64,000 bases of DNA from Podarcis vaucheri (Eukaryota). The stretch lies in the NCBI GenBank assembly GCA_965113315.1, contig OZ220365.1. One strand, 5' to 3'. The position numbers and the translations under genes are program-made. Numbering within the stretch: the first letter of the stretch is position 1; each line of letters opens with the position of its first letter. The notes beneath the pieces were generated by a model, which worked only from the letters and a program-made list of their open reading frames with translations, was not told the origin of the DNA and did no database searches. Positions 1 through 10,610 of this stretch are shown here, piece after piece.

Positions 1-279
1 ATTTGAAGCCTCAAACTTCAAAATGCAATCACATCCTGAATATTGCATTCATGAAATTGCATAATGTATGGACTGCTGTTTTCATATTTGCAAGAAACGC
101 AAGTCTGCTTAGGACTGTGCCCCTTCTGTTTTTATTTTCGTGCAGCAGATATTTGTAATTTCACCACATCAAAGCTCTTAACCCTCTTAGCAACTCCCTG
201 ATGAAGAGCTAATGGTTGGAAGGGGATCCAGAGGGCTATATGAAATACAAGTGTGGGCGAGGTTTCTCACCCCTAGCTT

Positions 280-3113
280 GTTTAGTCGTTTAGTCGTGTC
301 CGACTCTTCGTGACCCCATGGACCAGAGCACGCCAGGCACTTCTGTCCTCCACTGCCTCCCGCAGTTTGATCAAACTCATGCTGGTAGCTTCAAGAACAC
401 CATCCAACCATCTCATTCTCTGTCGTCCCCTTCTCCTTGTGCCCTCCATCTTTCCCAACATCAGGGTCTTTTCCAGGGAGTCTTCTCTTCTCATGAGGTG
501 GCCAAAGTATTGGAGCCTCAGCTTCACGATCTGTCCTTCCAGTGAGCGCTCAGGGCTGATTTCCTTCAGAATGGAGAGGTTTGATCTTCTTGCAGTCCAT
601 GGGACTCTCAAGAGTCTCCTCCAGCACCATAATTCAAAAGCATCAATTCTTCGGCGATCAGCCTTCTTTATGGTCCAGCTCTCACTTCCATACATCACTA
701 CTGGGAAAACCATGGCTTTTACTATACGGACCTTTGTTGGCAAGGTGATGTCTCTGCTTTTTAAGATGTTGTCTAGGTTTGCCATCGCCTTTCTCCCAAG
801 GAGCAGGCGTCTTTTAATTTCGTGACTGCTGTCACCATCTGCACTGATCATGGAGCCCAAGAAAGTAAAATCTCTCACTGCCTCCATTTCTTCCCCTTCT
901 ATTTGCCAGGAGGTGATGGGCCCAGTGGCCATGATCTTCTTTTTTTGATGTTGAGCTTCAGACCATATTTTGCGCTCTCCTCTTTCACCCTCACTAAAAG
1001 GTTCTTTAATTCCTCTTCACTTTCTGCCATCAAGGTTGTGTCATCTGCATATCTGAGGTTGTTGATATTTCTTCCGGCAATCTTAATTGCGGCTTGGGAT
1101 TCATCCAGCCCAGCCTTTCGCATGATGAATTCTGCATATAAGTTAAATAAGCAGGGAGACAATATACAGCCTTGCCGTACTCCTTTCCCAATTTGGAACC
1201 AGTCAGTTGTTCCATATCCAGTTCTAACTGTAGCTTCTTGTCCCACATAGAGATTTCTCAGGAGACAGATGAGGTGATCAGGCACTCCCATTTCTTTAAG
1301 AACTTGCCATAGTTTGCTGTGGTCAACACAGTCAAAGGCTTTTGCATAGTCAATGAAGCAGAAGTAGATGTCTTTCTGGAACTCTCTAGCTTTCTCCATT
1401 ATCCAGCGCATGTTTGCAATTTGGTCTCTGGTTCCTCTGCCTCTTCTAAATCCAGCTTGCACTTCTGGGAGTTCTCGGTCCACATACTGCTTGAGCCTTC
1501 CTTGTAGAATTTTAAGCATAACCTTGCTAGCGTGTGAAATGAGTGCAATTGTGCGGTAGTTGGAGCATTCTTTGGCACTGCCTTTCTTTGGGATTGGGAT
1601 GTAGACTGATCTTCTCCAATCCTCTGGCCACTGCTGAGTTTTCCAAACTTGCTGGCATATTGAGTATAGCACTTTAACAGCATCATCTTTTAAAATTTTA
1701 AACAGTTCAGCTGGAATACCATCACTTCCACTGGCCTTGTTATTTGCAGTGCTTTCTAAGGCCCATTTGACTTCACTCTCCAGGATGTCTGGCTCAAGGT
1801 CAGCAACCACACTACCTGGGGTGTATGAGACATCCATATCTTTCTGGTATAATTCCTCTGTGTATTCTTGCCACCTCTTCTTGATGTCTTCTGCTTCAGT
1901 TAGGTCTTTACCACTTTTGTCCTTTATTATGGTAATCTTTGTACGAAATGTTCCTTTCATATTTCCGATTTTCTTGAACAGATCTCTGGTTCTTCCCATT
2001 CTGTTGCTTTCCTCTATTTCTTTGCATTGCTCGTTTAAGAAGGCCTTCTTGTCTCTCCTTGCTATTCTTTGGAAGTCTGCATTCAATTTCTTGTAGCTTT
2101 CATTATCTCCCTCGCATTTTGCTTGCCTTCTCTCCCCCGCTATTTGTAAGGCCTCGTTGGATAGCCACTTTGCTTTCTTGCATTTCTTTTTCATTGGGAT
2201 GGTTTTAGTTGCTGCCTCCTGTATAATGTTGCGAGCTTCCACCCATAGTTCTTCAGGCACTCTGTCCAGCAAATCTAAATCCTTAAACCTGTTCCTCACT
2301 TCCACTGTGTATTCATAAGGGATTTGGTTTAGATTGTATCTTACCTGTCCAGTGGTTTTTCCTACTTTCTTCAGTTTAAGCTTGAATTTTGCTATAAGAA
2401 GCTGATGATCTGAGCCACAGTCAGCTCCAGGTCTTGTTTTTGCTGACTGTATAGAGCTTCTCCATCTTTGGCTGCAGAGAATATAATCAATCTGATTTCG
2501 ATGTTGCCCATCTGGGGATGTCCATGTGTAGAGTCGTCTCTTGTGTTGTTGGAAAAGCGTGTTTGTGATGACCAGCTTGTTCTCTTGGCAGAACTCTATT
2601 AGCCTTTGCCCTGCTTCGTTTTGATCTCCAAGGCCAAACTTGCCAGTTGTTCCTTTTATCTCTTGATTCCCTACTTTAGCATTCCAATCCCCTATAATGA
2701 GCAGAACATCCTTCTTTGGTGTCACTTCTATAAGGTCTTGTAAGTCTTCATAGAATTGGTCAATTTCAGTTTCTTCAGCACCAGTAGTTGGTGCATAGAC
2801 TTGGATTACTGTGATGTTAAAAGGTCTGCCTTGGATTCGTATCGAGATCATTCTATCATTTTTGAGACTGTATCCCAGTATCCCAGTAGCTAGGGGTGTA
2901 TCCCTGTTGTCTCCCCTTCATGGATCACTGCCTTGCCGTGGCGAAGGGGCTTGAAGAACTCAGAGAAGCTATGAACTATGCCGAGCAGGGCACCCAAGAT
3001 GAACAGGTCATAGTGGAGAGTTTTGACCAAACGTGATCCACCTGGAGTAGGAACCGGCAAGCCACTCCAGTATCCCTGCCAAGAAAACTCCATGGACAAA
3101 GACAACAGGGATA
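280..3113 (-). mobile_element. BovB (RTE clade) LINE, 5'-inverted, with one frameshift
   Basis: ORFs 899-2851 and 282-932 encode an APE endonuclease and RT (LRYADD) split by a 1-bp loss near 940. TSD CACCCCTAGCTT lies at 268-279 and 3114-3125. A BovB 5' segment sits in opposite orientation at about 2913-3109. Confidence 0.95.
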
Positions 3114-4071
3114 CACCCCTAGCTTATCATACTCAAAACAATTGTGAGAATTGCTCCACTAATGAAAGATGAGAAAGTTTGTCAACATTTCAATATCCTG
3201 CAAATGTGTGTCGGTCTTATTCCTATTAGATAGCAAGTTAGATAGCAAGCTGTCTATTTTTCTCCTTGTAAAAGTGGACTCTCTGCTGTATATTTGTATT
3301 AATCACAATATTAGCACATGTTGACTTGATCGCTGAAAATTATGTGAGAAATGGGCTTAATAGTATGCTCTAAATTTTGCCATCTGTTACAACTGTTTGA
3401 AAGGAAAATCCTGCAGAGAAGTACTTTCAACAATAAGTCTTACGCAATACAGTTATTATGGATGGTCTCTGAAAGAGACATAGCAAGGGCTGTAGAAAGG
3501 AGAACTGATTCATCACCGACTCATCACCACAGTAATATTGGCAATTTCGCTATCACACTAACCAAGCATAAGTAGTGGATGACGTAATAATGAATGCTGT
3601 GAGATTACCACCTTGTCGTGGTGTAGTGGTGACAGGCTCAATAATGAAAGTGTCATAGCTTCTCCAGAGCTGTCAGGATCTTTATAGCCAAGAGGAGTTG
3701 TGATTATTGCACAGAGAGGGAATATAGATAATACAACTGCTAGCTTTTTTATTTGGAAATAAGTCCCAATGCGGCTTAAGGAAACAGGACTTTGTAATTC
3801 CAGTCTTTTGCTATAAGTTCTCATTAGGGTTGTTCGTATTTCAGTAACAGAAACTAGATATCTTCTGAGATTTCCCTGTAATGTTCCCTACAGCAGTATA
3901 ACACACCACCGTAGATATACTAAGAAACTGATCTTACTCTGCTTGAGCTCTCTGACACCAAAATGAAGTTTCAACCATAATTTCTAAAATGTGAAAGCTC
4001 ACAGTGTAGATGGGGGCACAGAGGGGCACATGCAAGCCCCACCCCACGTCCCCCTCAGTTCCTAGCCTTCC

Positions 4072-4210
4072 CAGTGGCGTAGCGTGGGGGGTGCAGGGGG
4101 GGCGGCCGCACCGGGCACAACATCTGGGGGTTAGGGGGTGCAAATCCACGGGTTAGGGGCGCAAATTACTTGCCTTGCCCCAGGTGCTGACAACCCACGC
4201 TACGCCACTG
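4072..4210. mobile_element. hAT-type MITE (139 bp)
   Basis: 17-bp perfect TIR CAGTGGCGTAGCGTGGG; 8-bp TSD AGCCTTCC/GGCCTTCC. Confidence 0.88.
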
Positions 4211-4591
4211 GGCCTTCCCTTTGTTATATGAAGGTGTGCAGGGGGCTTATTTGAGTAGAAGCCCCTATAGGCCTTCCACACACAGCATAGAGATGGTTGG
4301 GAATTGAGGACATAGGAAGGCTGAGGGCAGTGCTTGCATCAGTACCTGTGCTGCCCCCAATTCACAGAGAGGTTTGCCTGAATACTCAAAACACCTGAAA
4401 ATGGCATTAACATCCATTGTAAATAACCTACTACGTGGACCTACTCAGTCATTAGAAGCCCACCTTGCTTGCCATCTGAAGTGTCATGGGTGATACAAGG
4501 TAGGGCTATTAAGTTGACTGAGAAATTCCCTCCTGAGGGAGGTACATTGAGCTTCGTCGTTACTAGGGAGGAGAGAACTACTAAAAACATG

Positions 4592-4862
4592 CTGTATTTT
4601 TCTGTGTATAAGACTCCTTATGTGGGAGAGGAAGGGAAAGGAGATTGTTAGCCGCTTTGAGACTCCTTAGGGTAGTGATAAAGCGGGATATCAAATCCAA
4701 ACTCTTATTCTTCTTCCCCCATGTATAAGACACCCACCCCCTGTTTTGGGGGACTCCAAATTAAGAAAACACCCTTCAGCACTACCCATGTATACAATGA
4801 GCCCTAATTTTAAACCAAATTTTTTGGTTTAAAAACCTAGCCTTATACACAGAAAAATACGG
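4592..4862. mobile_element. Older Tc2-like MITE interrupted by a retroposon 3' fragment (about 4618-4715, ending in a CTT tail)
   Basis: ends CTGTATTTTTCTGTGTATAAG / CTTATACACAGAAAAATACGG-TA. Confidence 0.65.
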
Positions 4863-5625
4863 TAACTGTTCCAATGAAATTATTTGCTTATTTCATACAG
4901 TTTATATACTGCTTGATTGTAAGAAACAAACTAACAAGCCCCCACCTCAAGGCAGTTTTGTTAATCTCTTTGTGATCCTTGTGGTTAGTTTTGCGTTTGC
5001 TGTTGGGTTGGCAATGTTTTATTGCTCTGTTGTTGTCCACGGCCTTGCAGATCCACATGTGTGGAAATGTGAAATAATAGTAGTCATCATTCAGTGTACC
5101 ACTGAGCTTGCAAACAATAGCCTTTTTTAAAAAAACTACTTACAAACCCAAACCTGAATTGTTTTAAAGCAAATGTGAGCCATCTGCAATCTTTGGTCTA
5201 ATGTTATGAGACCCTCAGCTCTCAGCCAACCTGTCTCCCCTCCCAGCTGGACAGAAACACAGAGAGAGATAAAATAAAGATGATGGAAAGAAAGAAAGAA
5301 AGAGAAAGGGCTGTGCACTGCCCTCTTTGGGCTTTGCCCCACTAGCTGCTAGCTTCTGCCCTGACTGCAACTGGCATGTGGTCCTTGACAGATAACCCCC
5401 CAAGGGATTGCTGTAATCAACAGAAAGAAACGTTGTCAAGAGAATAGCATTGAATATAGGTTGCACTGGGTTATATCCAACTAAGTCATACTCAGATCAG
5501 ACTTATTGAAATGAACTGACATGTTATTCAAGTCCATTGATTTCAATGGGTCCAATGGTTTAGCTTTAATAAAGCATTCTCATGCTGTAATTCATACAGA
5601 ATGTATATTTTTATTTCTCCTGCAG

Positions 5626-5819
5626 ATGTGCACTGGCAACTACATATTCGTACCATATATGATAACTCCCCATAACAAAGTCTACTGTTGTGACAGCAGT
5701 TTTATGAAAGGACTAACTGAGCTGATGCAGCCCAGCTTTGAACTTCTGCTTGGGCCAATATGTTTACCTTTGGTTGACCGTTTCATTCAGCTTTTGAAGG
5801 TGGCACAAGCCAGCTCAAG
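5626..5819 (+). CDS. MAP3K5: ASK1 exon 4 (194 bp) MCTGNY...GPICLPLVDRFIQLLKVAQASS
   Basis: tgcag|ATG ... AG|gtaagg; end of the thioredoxin-binding domain. Confidence 0.95.
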
Positions 5820-6378
5820 GTAAGGATCTTCACCATAATGCAATCTTCTGCCAAATTCACATGCGAAAGCCTTTCAAGAGGGGGAAAAACACCAGTGAGA
5901 CAAGTATAGCATATGGTAGTAGCATCCAAGGGATGATAATCTCTGTGTTCTTAGGTTGTGCAGTGAAGTTGTCCCATTCATTCAATGACTTCTGCTTGTA
6001 CAATTGCACTTCCTCTTACTCTTCTTCCATCCCCACACACTTCCCACCATTCTACTTTAGGGTGGGGGAGAGTCCCAGAACAAATTAGTGGTGTGTGCAT
6101 GGGCAGGAGATGGTGGGGATGTTTTATTGCACAAGCACAAGCATTTATGCAAATGGAACAACTTTGTCAGGTGCAACCTTGTGTGTAGGAGCGTTCTTTG
6201 TATTGGGAGTGACCTGGGTGGGGTGACGTTGTTCCTAGTTAAGCTGCTTGATAGCAAGGCCAATGCACCCCAGCTATGATATCACTGAAACTAGAGAGAA
6301 GCCACAATCCTACCTCACCTTCTTCAAAAGCTCAAGAAGCTGAAGGGGAGTACCTGAAAAGTAAAAGGTGGGTCTGGG

Positions 6379-7105
6379 AAGTGATGTGAGGTGGGAATAT
6401 TCTCCAGAGAATATTCTCTGCTAGAAAATTCTCCGGAGAATATTCTCCACAAACTGTAAATTCTAATGTAAGAACCAGTTTTATAACTCACATTTTTAAA
6501 ATCTAGTAAATTATAAATCAAGCTGTGATATTGCCGGTGTAAGTAATGAATAATGATTTTTTTGATCCAGTTACATTACTGGGCATTGTGTCATTCACCA
6601 TTGGCAGTTCTGAAATGTGAGCTACAGAAAACATTAATTTTTTTTAGTTTTAAAAATGCTATTCATTTAATTTGATGAACATTTGAATTTGTATGTATTT
6701 CAACTATATGTAATAGCCTTTTTTCTATTTTGGTGTGACCTGAGTCTTAGCAATTCTGTATCCTTGGGCACACAGTGTTTTGTTTTGTTTTTACAGAAAG
6801 TAGCTTTAATGCTTTATACACTTAAAGTACCTAGGCCTATATAATCAATTTCAAGTTTGGTGCAAAAAATCAAAGAATGTGAATTCACTGCATTGCCCCA
6901 TTGAATAAAAGTATCTGTACAGTTTTTGGTTGCCATCTGAACACGTTTACCCATGAATAAACATGTATATTAACTAATTATATCATTTTCAATGCATTAA
7001 AATGGATATTATATTTTAAATGAAATTTCTCTAATATTCTCATTAATCGAGAATATTCTCGAGAATATTCTCCAAAAGATTATTCTCAAGAATTTAACAT
7101 CTCTA
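6379..7105. mobile_element. Non-autonomous hAT element with subterminal GAGAATATTCTC arrays
   Basis: 8-bp TSD GGTCTGGG at 6371-6378 and 7106-7113; ends AAGTGATGT / ACATCTCTA; AT-rich interior. Confidence 0.8.
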
Positions 7106-7660
7106 GGTCTGGGAGGGGGAGAGAGACAATACTTCTTTTTGTACCCCTCCCACTGAAAATGAGAAGTTGCCCCAGAAGAGCCTTGGTCTCTACAAGAAAA
7201 AGAAGTGCACAACTCTCTTCCAGCTTCCAACATCCCTTACCATGCTGAACTATGTATATGAAATATAGGATGTGACTTCTGTTCATTCATCCCATGATTT
7301 GCAAATATTTTGTGTTCTTCTGAATTTAAAGGGATGAAGCATGTTATATGGCTGCGTTACAGAAGTGATCAGCTTGCAGTTTCTTGCATTCATTCCATAT
7401 GTGTAGGTATTTATTACAGGGTTGGGGAATCTTTGTCCCTCCAGAGGTTATTGGACTATAACTCCTATCATTCTTGACATCAACTTTCATTACCTTGGTT
7501 CGTCTTCCTGGTTCTCTTACTGCCAGTTATTGTCCCAAGTAGCATTAGAATGAGAGCCCCACATTCGTACTTCATCATTGTGTTTACTATAGAATTAGAT
7601 AGTCAAGTGGCTGTCCTTGAATATTCAGGCTTAAATTGATAGTTTTCTTTTCCATTCTAG

Positions 7661-7829
7661 TCAATACTTCAGGGAGTCAATTCTTAATGATATCCGAAAA
7701 GCACGTAACTTATACACAGGAAAAGAACTAGCCACAGAACTGGCCAGGATACGACAACGGGTGGATAACATTGAACTTCTGTCTGCTGACATTGTGATAA
7801 ACTTGTTGTTGTCTTACAGGGATATTCAG
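7661..7829 (+). CDS. MAP3K5: ASK1 exon 5 (169 bp) [15 protein letters not shown]...LSYRDIQ
   Basis: ctag|T ... CAG|gtaggc; frame continuous. Confidence 0.95.
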
Positions 7830-8366
7830 GTAGGCTCCTATTGTTTAATTTGAATCTATTGCTCCTGTTATTCCACCGACATATTTCTTCTCACTACTAA
7901 CATATTTAATCCATTATAACAAAATCATACTCTGTGGAGTGCTCCTGTTCACTGTTCCTAGAAGTCAGATGTGCCTTCTTCCACAGATAGTTCATTCAAG
8001 TTCCACCTCCCAGCCAGTTTTCCATACACCCCTGGTCAGTCAGCTTTCCGTGGCTAACTAAACACACAAGGCCCTTATTTCAGAGGAGGCTTGCCCCCAT
8101 TAAGGTCCCCTCCCAAAAGGTGTTTTTCTCCCACTGTATGTCTGTATTGATTTATCATTTTGACATTTGCATTCCTGGTGGGGTGGGGGAGATAGATATT
8201 TAACAAATAAATAAGGTAAAACTTTTGTAGGGTTCCTGAGCCTGCTAATACTTCCCCCTAGGGCAGTAGTGGAGAACCTTATTCCTCCAGGCCTCTCTTA
8301 TCTGCCCTTATAACACTTCTCAGCCCCCCCCCCTCAGTGGCCTTGCTTCCCATCCCTGGTAATTTC

Positions 8367-8718
8367 TAAAGGTAAAGGGACCCCTGACTATTAGGTCCAG
8401 GCGTGACCGACTCTGGGATTGCGGCACTCATCTCGCTTTATTGGCCGAGGGAGCCGGCGTACAGCTTCCAAGTCATGTGGCCAGCATGACTAAGCCGCTT
8501 CTGGCGAACCACAGCAGCGCACGGAAACGCCGTTTACCTTCCCGCTGGAGCGGTACCTATTTATTTACCTGCACTTTGGCATGCTTTTGAACTGCTAGGT
8601 GGGCAGGGGCAGGGACCGAGCAACGGGAGCTCACCCCGTCGCGGGGATTCGAACCACCGACCTTCTGATTGGCAAGTCCTAGGCTCGGTGGTTTAACCCA
8701 CAGCGCCACCCGCGTCCC
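8367..8718 (-). mobile_element. Sauria SINE (Squam1)
   Basis: On the minus strand it starts GGGACGCGGGTGGCGCTGTGG, has a B-box GGTTCGAATCC and ends in an (ACCTTT)n tail. Confidence 0.92.
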
Positions 8719-10610
8719 TTCAAAACGTGTCCTACAACCCTGGTAATGCCTACCACACAAAAGTAAACTTTGCATTAGCTTGCCCTGCCCACTTTTGTCT
8801 CTCAGCCCACCTACCATTGGGCATGTGGCCCTCAGAAGCTTGCACAGAAGGGAATGTGGCCCTTGGGTTCCACACCTCTGCTCCAGAACACGGGTTTTGG
8901 CTACGTGAGCAGTGAGTGGCACACACACCTGAACATCAGAAACAGAGGGAATTAATATCTGCTGCAGGCACCCATTTCAGGAAATTCTCAGAGCAAATGC
9001 TTCACTAGTAAATGGATCTGGGTCAGCTGCTGCTTCCAGTGAAAAGAGCATGGTGACGCATGCGGGGAGCTCTGGACAAATGGCTCGCTGGCACTTATGT
9101 CTCACTGCAGAGTGAAAGCACTCATGCAGTTGCCAGATTTTAAAACAGAACTTTGTTGCCATGGCAACTTTGTGTACATCTGTGCCTAGGCCTGTGGAAA
9201 GGGGTGGGTGTATAATGGCTAGGATTCTGAATTCCTTTTTTAAAAAGTCTATTATATTATGCATATTGGAGAACACTGTGTTAAGTTTGGTAGCTGGGTT
9301 ATAAAGAAATTATGTGAGAAAATTCTATGCCTATGCTGGGACTTTTAGCGCAAGCTGAAGGAGTCCCAGTGCAACATAGGAAGCTCTCTCATACTGACTT
9401 AGATCCCCTTTCTTGCTATAGCACTTCACAAAGTGGATGGGGGGGGGATCACTTCTGTAGGGTTAACCCCGCAGAAGTACCATCTGATAGTCTGCAAGGA
9501 ACTACTGTCATATTAAGCTGCAGGAGTCCCAGTGCAACATAGAAAGCTGCTTTATACTGCCTTGCTCGATATTGCCCCCATTGACTGGCAGTAGCTCTTC
9601 AGGGCTTCAAACCAGGAATATTCCCAGCTCTATCTGGAGACGCTGGGACCTTTTGTATGTAAAGTGAGTGCTCTGCAACGGAGCTATGGTCCTTCATGTA
9701 CTTGTTCACATGCTCCTGTTCACACCCTCCTACTTGGAGGAGGGTGAGACAGGAGGGCTCACTTGTATCTCCTTGCATCATTCTAAATGAAAACTATTTT
9801 AAAATCCATCTGTGGAATCCTAACAGCCTATGGTAGTGCTTCTGCTCAAACAGTCCGTGTTCTGCTTCCTGTGCCCAACAAAACTTTATATAGAAATCCA
9901 CTTCCGGTATGACAGGAGGAGCTGCTGTTCGAGTGAGAGCTCTGGAATGATTATATAGCTATGTGCCCAGGAACTGCACATTATATTTTCTTGGTTTCTT
10001 AGGCTGCTTTCACACGAACCCACACTGACATCCTTCATTCACTTTTTATGGGGCATCCAGACAGCATCATTGTCAGCCTGTTGCATTTCAGTGTTTTCTG
10101 TTAGCATCTAATGTTTTTTGAGACCTGAGTTGCATTTTATTTTGTTTCGGTTTTTGCAGTAAAGCAGCAGCCTGTCTACTTTGGAGATGCAAGGCATTAA
10201 TGAAGCTTTTCAAAGGCTCTTGTGCCTTTTAACTGAAACATTTCCTCCTTGTAAATTCAGTCTGTTTTTATTGCTTCCTGATAAATACAGGTGGGGGATT
10301 GGTGATAACTAGCCTATGTTAATTGCCCTTTCTTAATTATACCTGTGTCAGTTTCTATTCCTGTGTGTAGAGAAAGCTTTAATTATTCATTTTACCTCAT
10401 TTGTTATTTGCTATTAATAGTCCCTTTTCCTGCGAAAAAGAAATATGGCTTAATTATGCTTAATCCAATCACTACCTGCAGTCCATTATTTTTTTCAGTT
10501 CAGGGGCACATTTGGAATTCTGGCACCACAGAATATGCATTTCACAAAAGAAAAACTGGTGATGTTCAGAACCAGCCCACAAACACACAAAAAGGCATCA
10601 AGATCTACTA

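Noticed and set aside
310-2096. Plus-strand ORFs over BovB, and minus-strand ORFs over the L2 at 61657-63839
   Set aside because: Antisense shadows of LINE reading frames.
5468-5555. Hairpin upstream of exon 4 as a structured ncRNA
   Set aside because: It resembles a decayed palindromic MITE also seen near 23735-23850; there is no evidence for an RNA gene.
8640-8718. tRNA gene
   Set aside because: The A/B boxes belong to Sauria SINE heads; I could not see a full cloverleaf.
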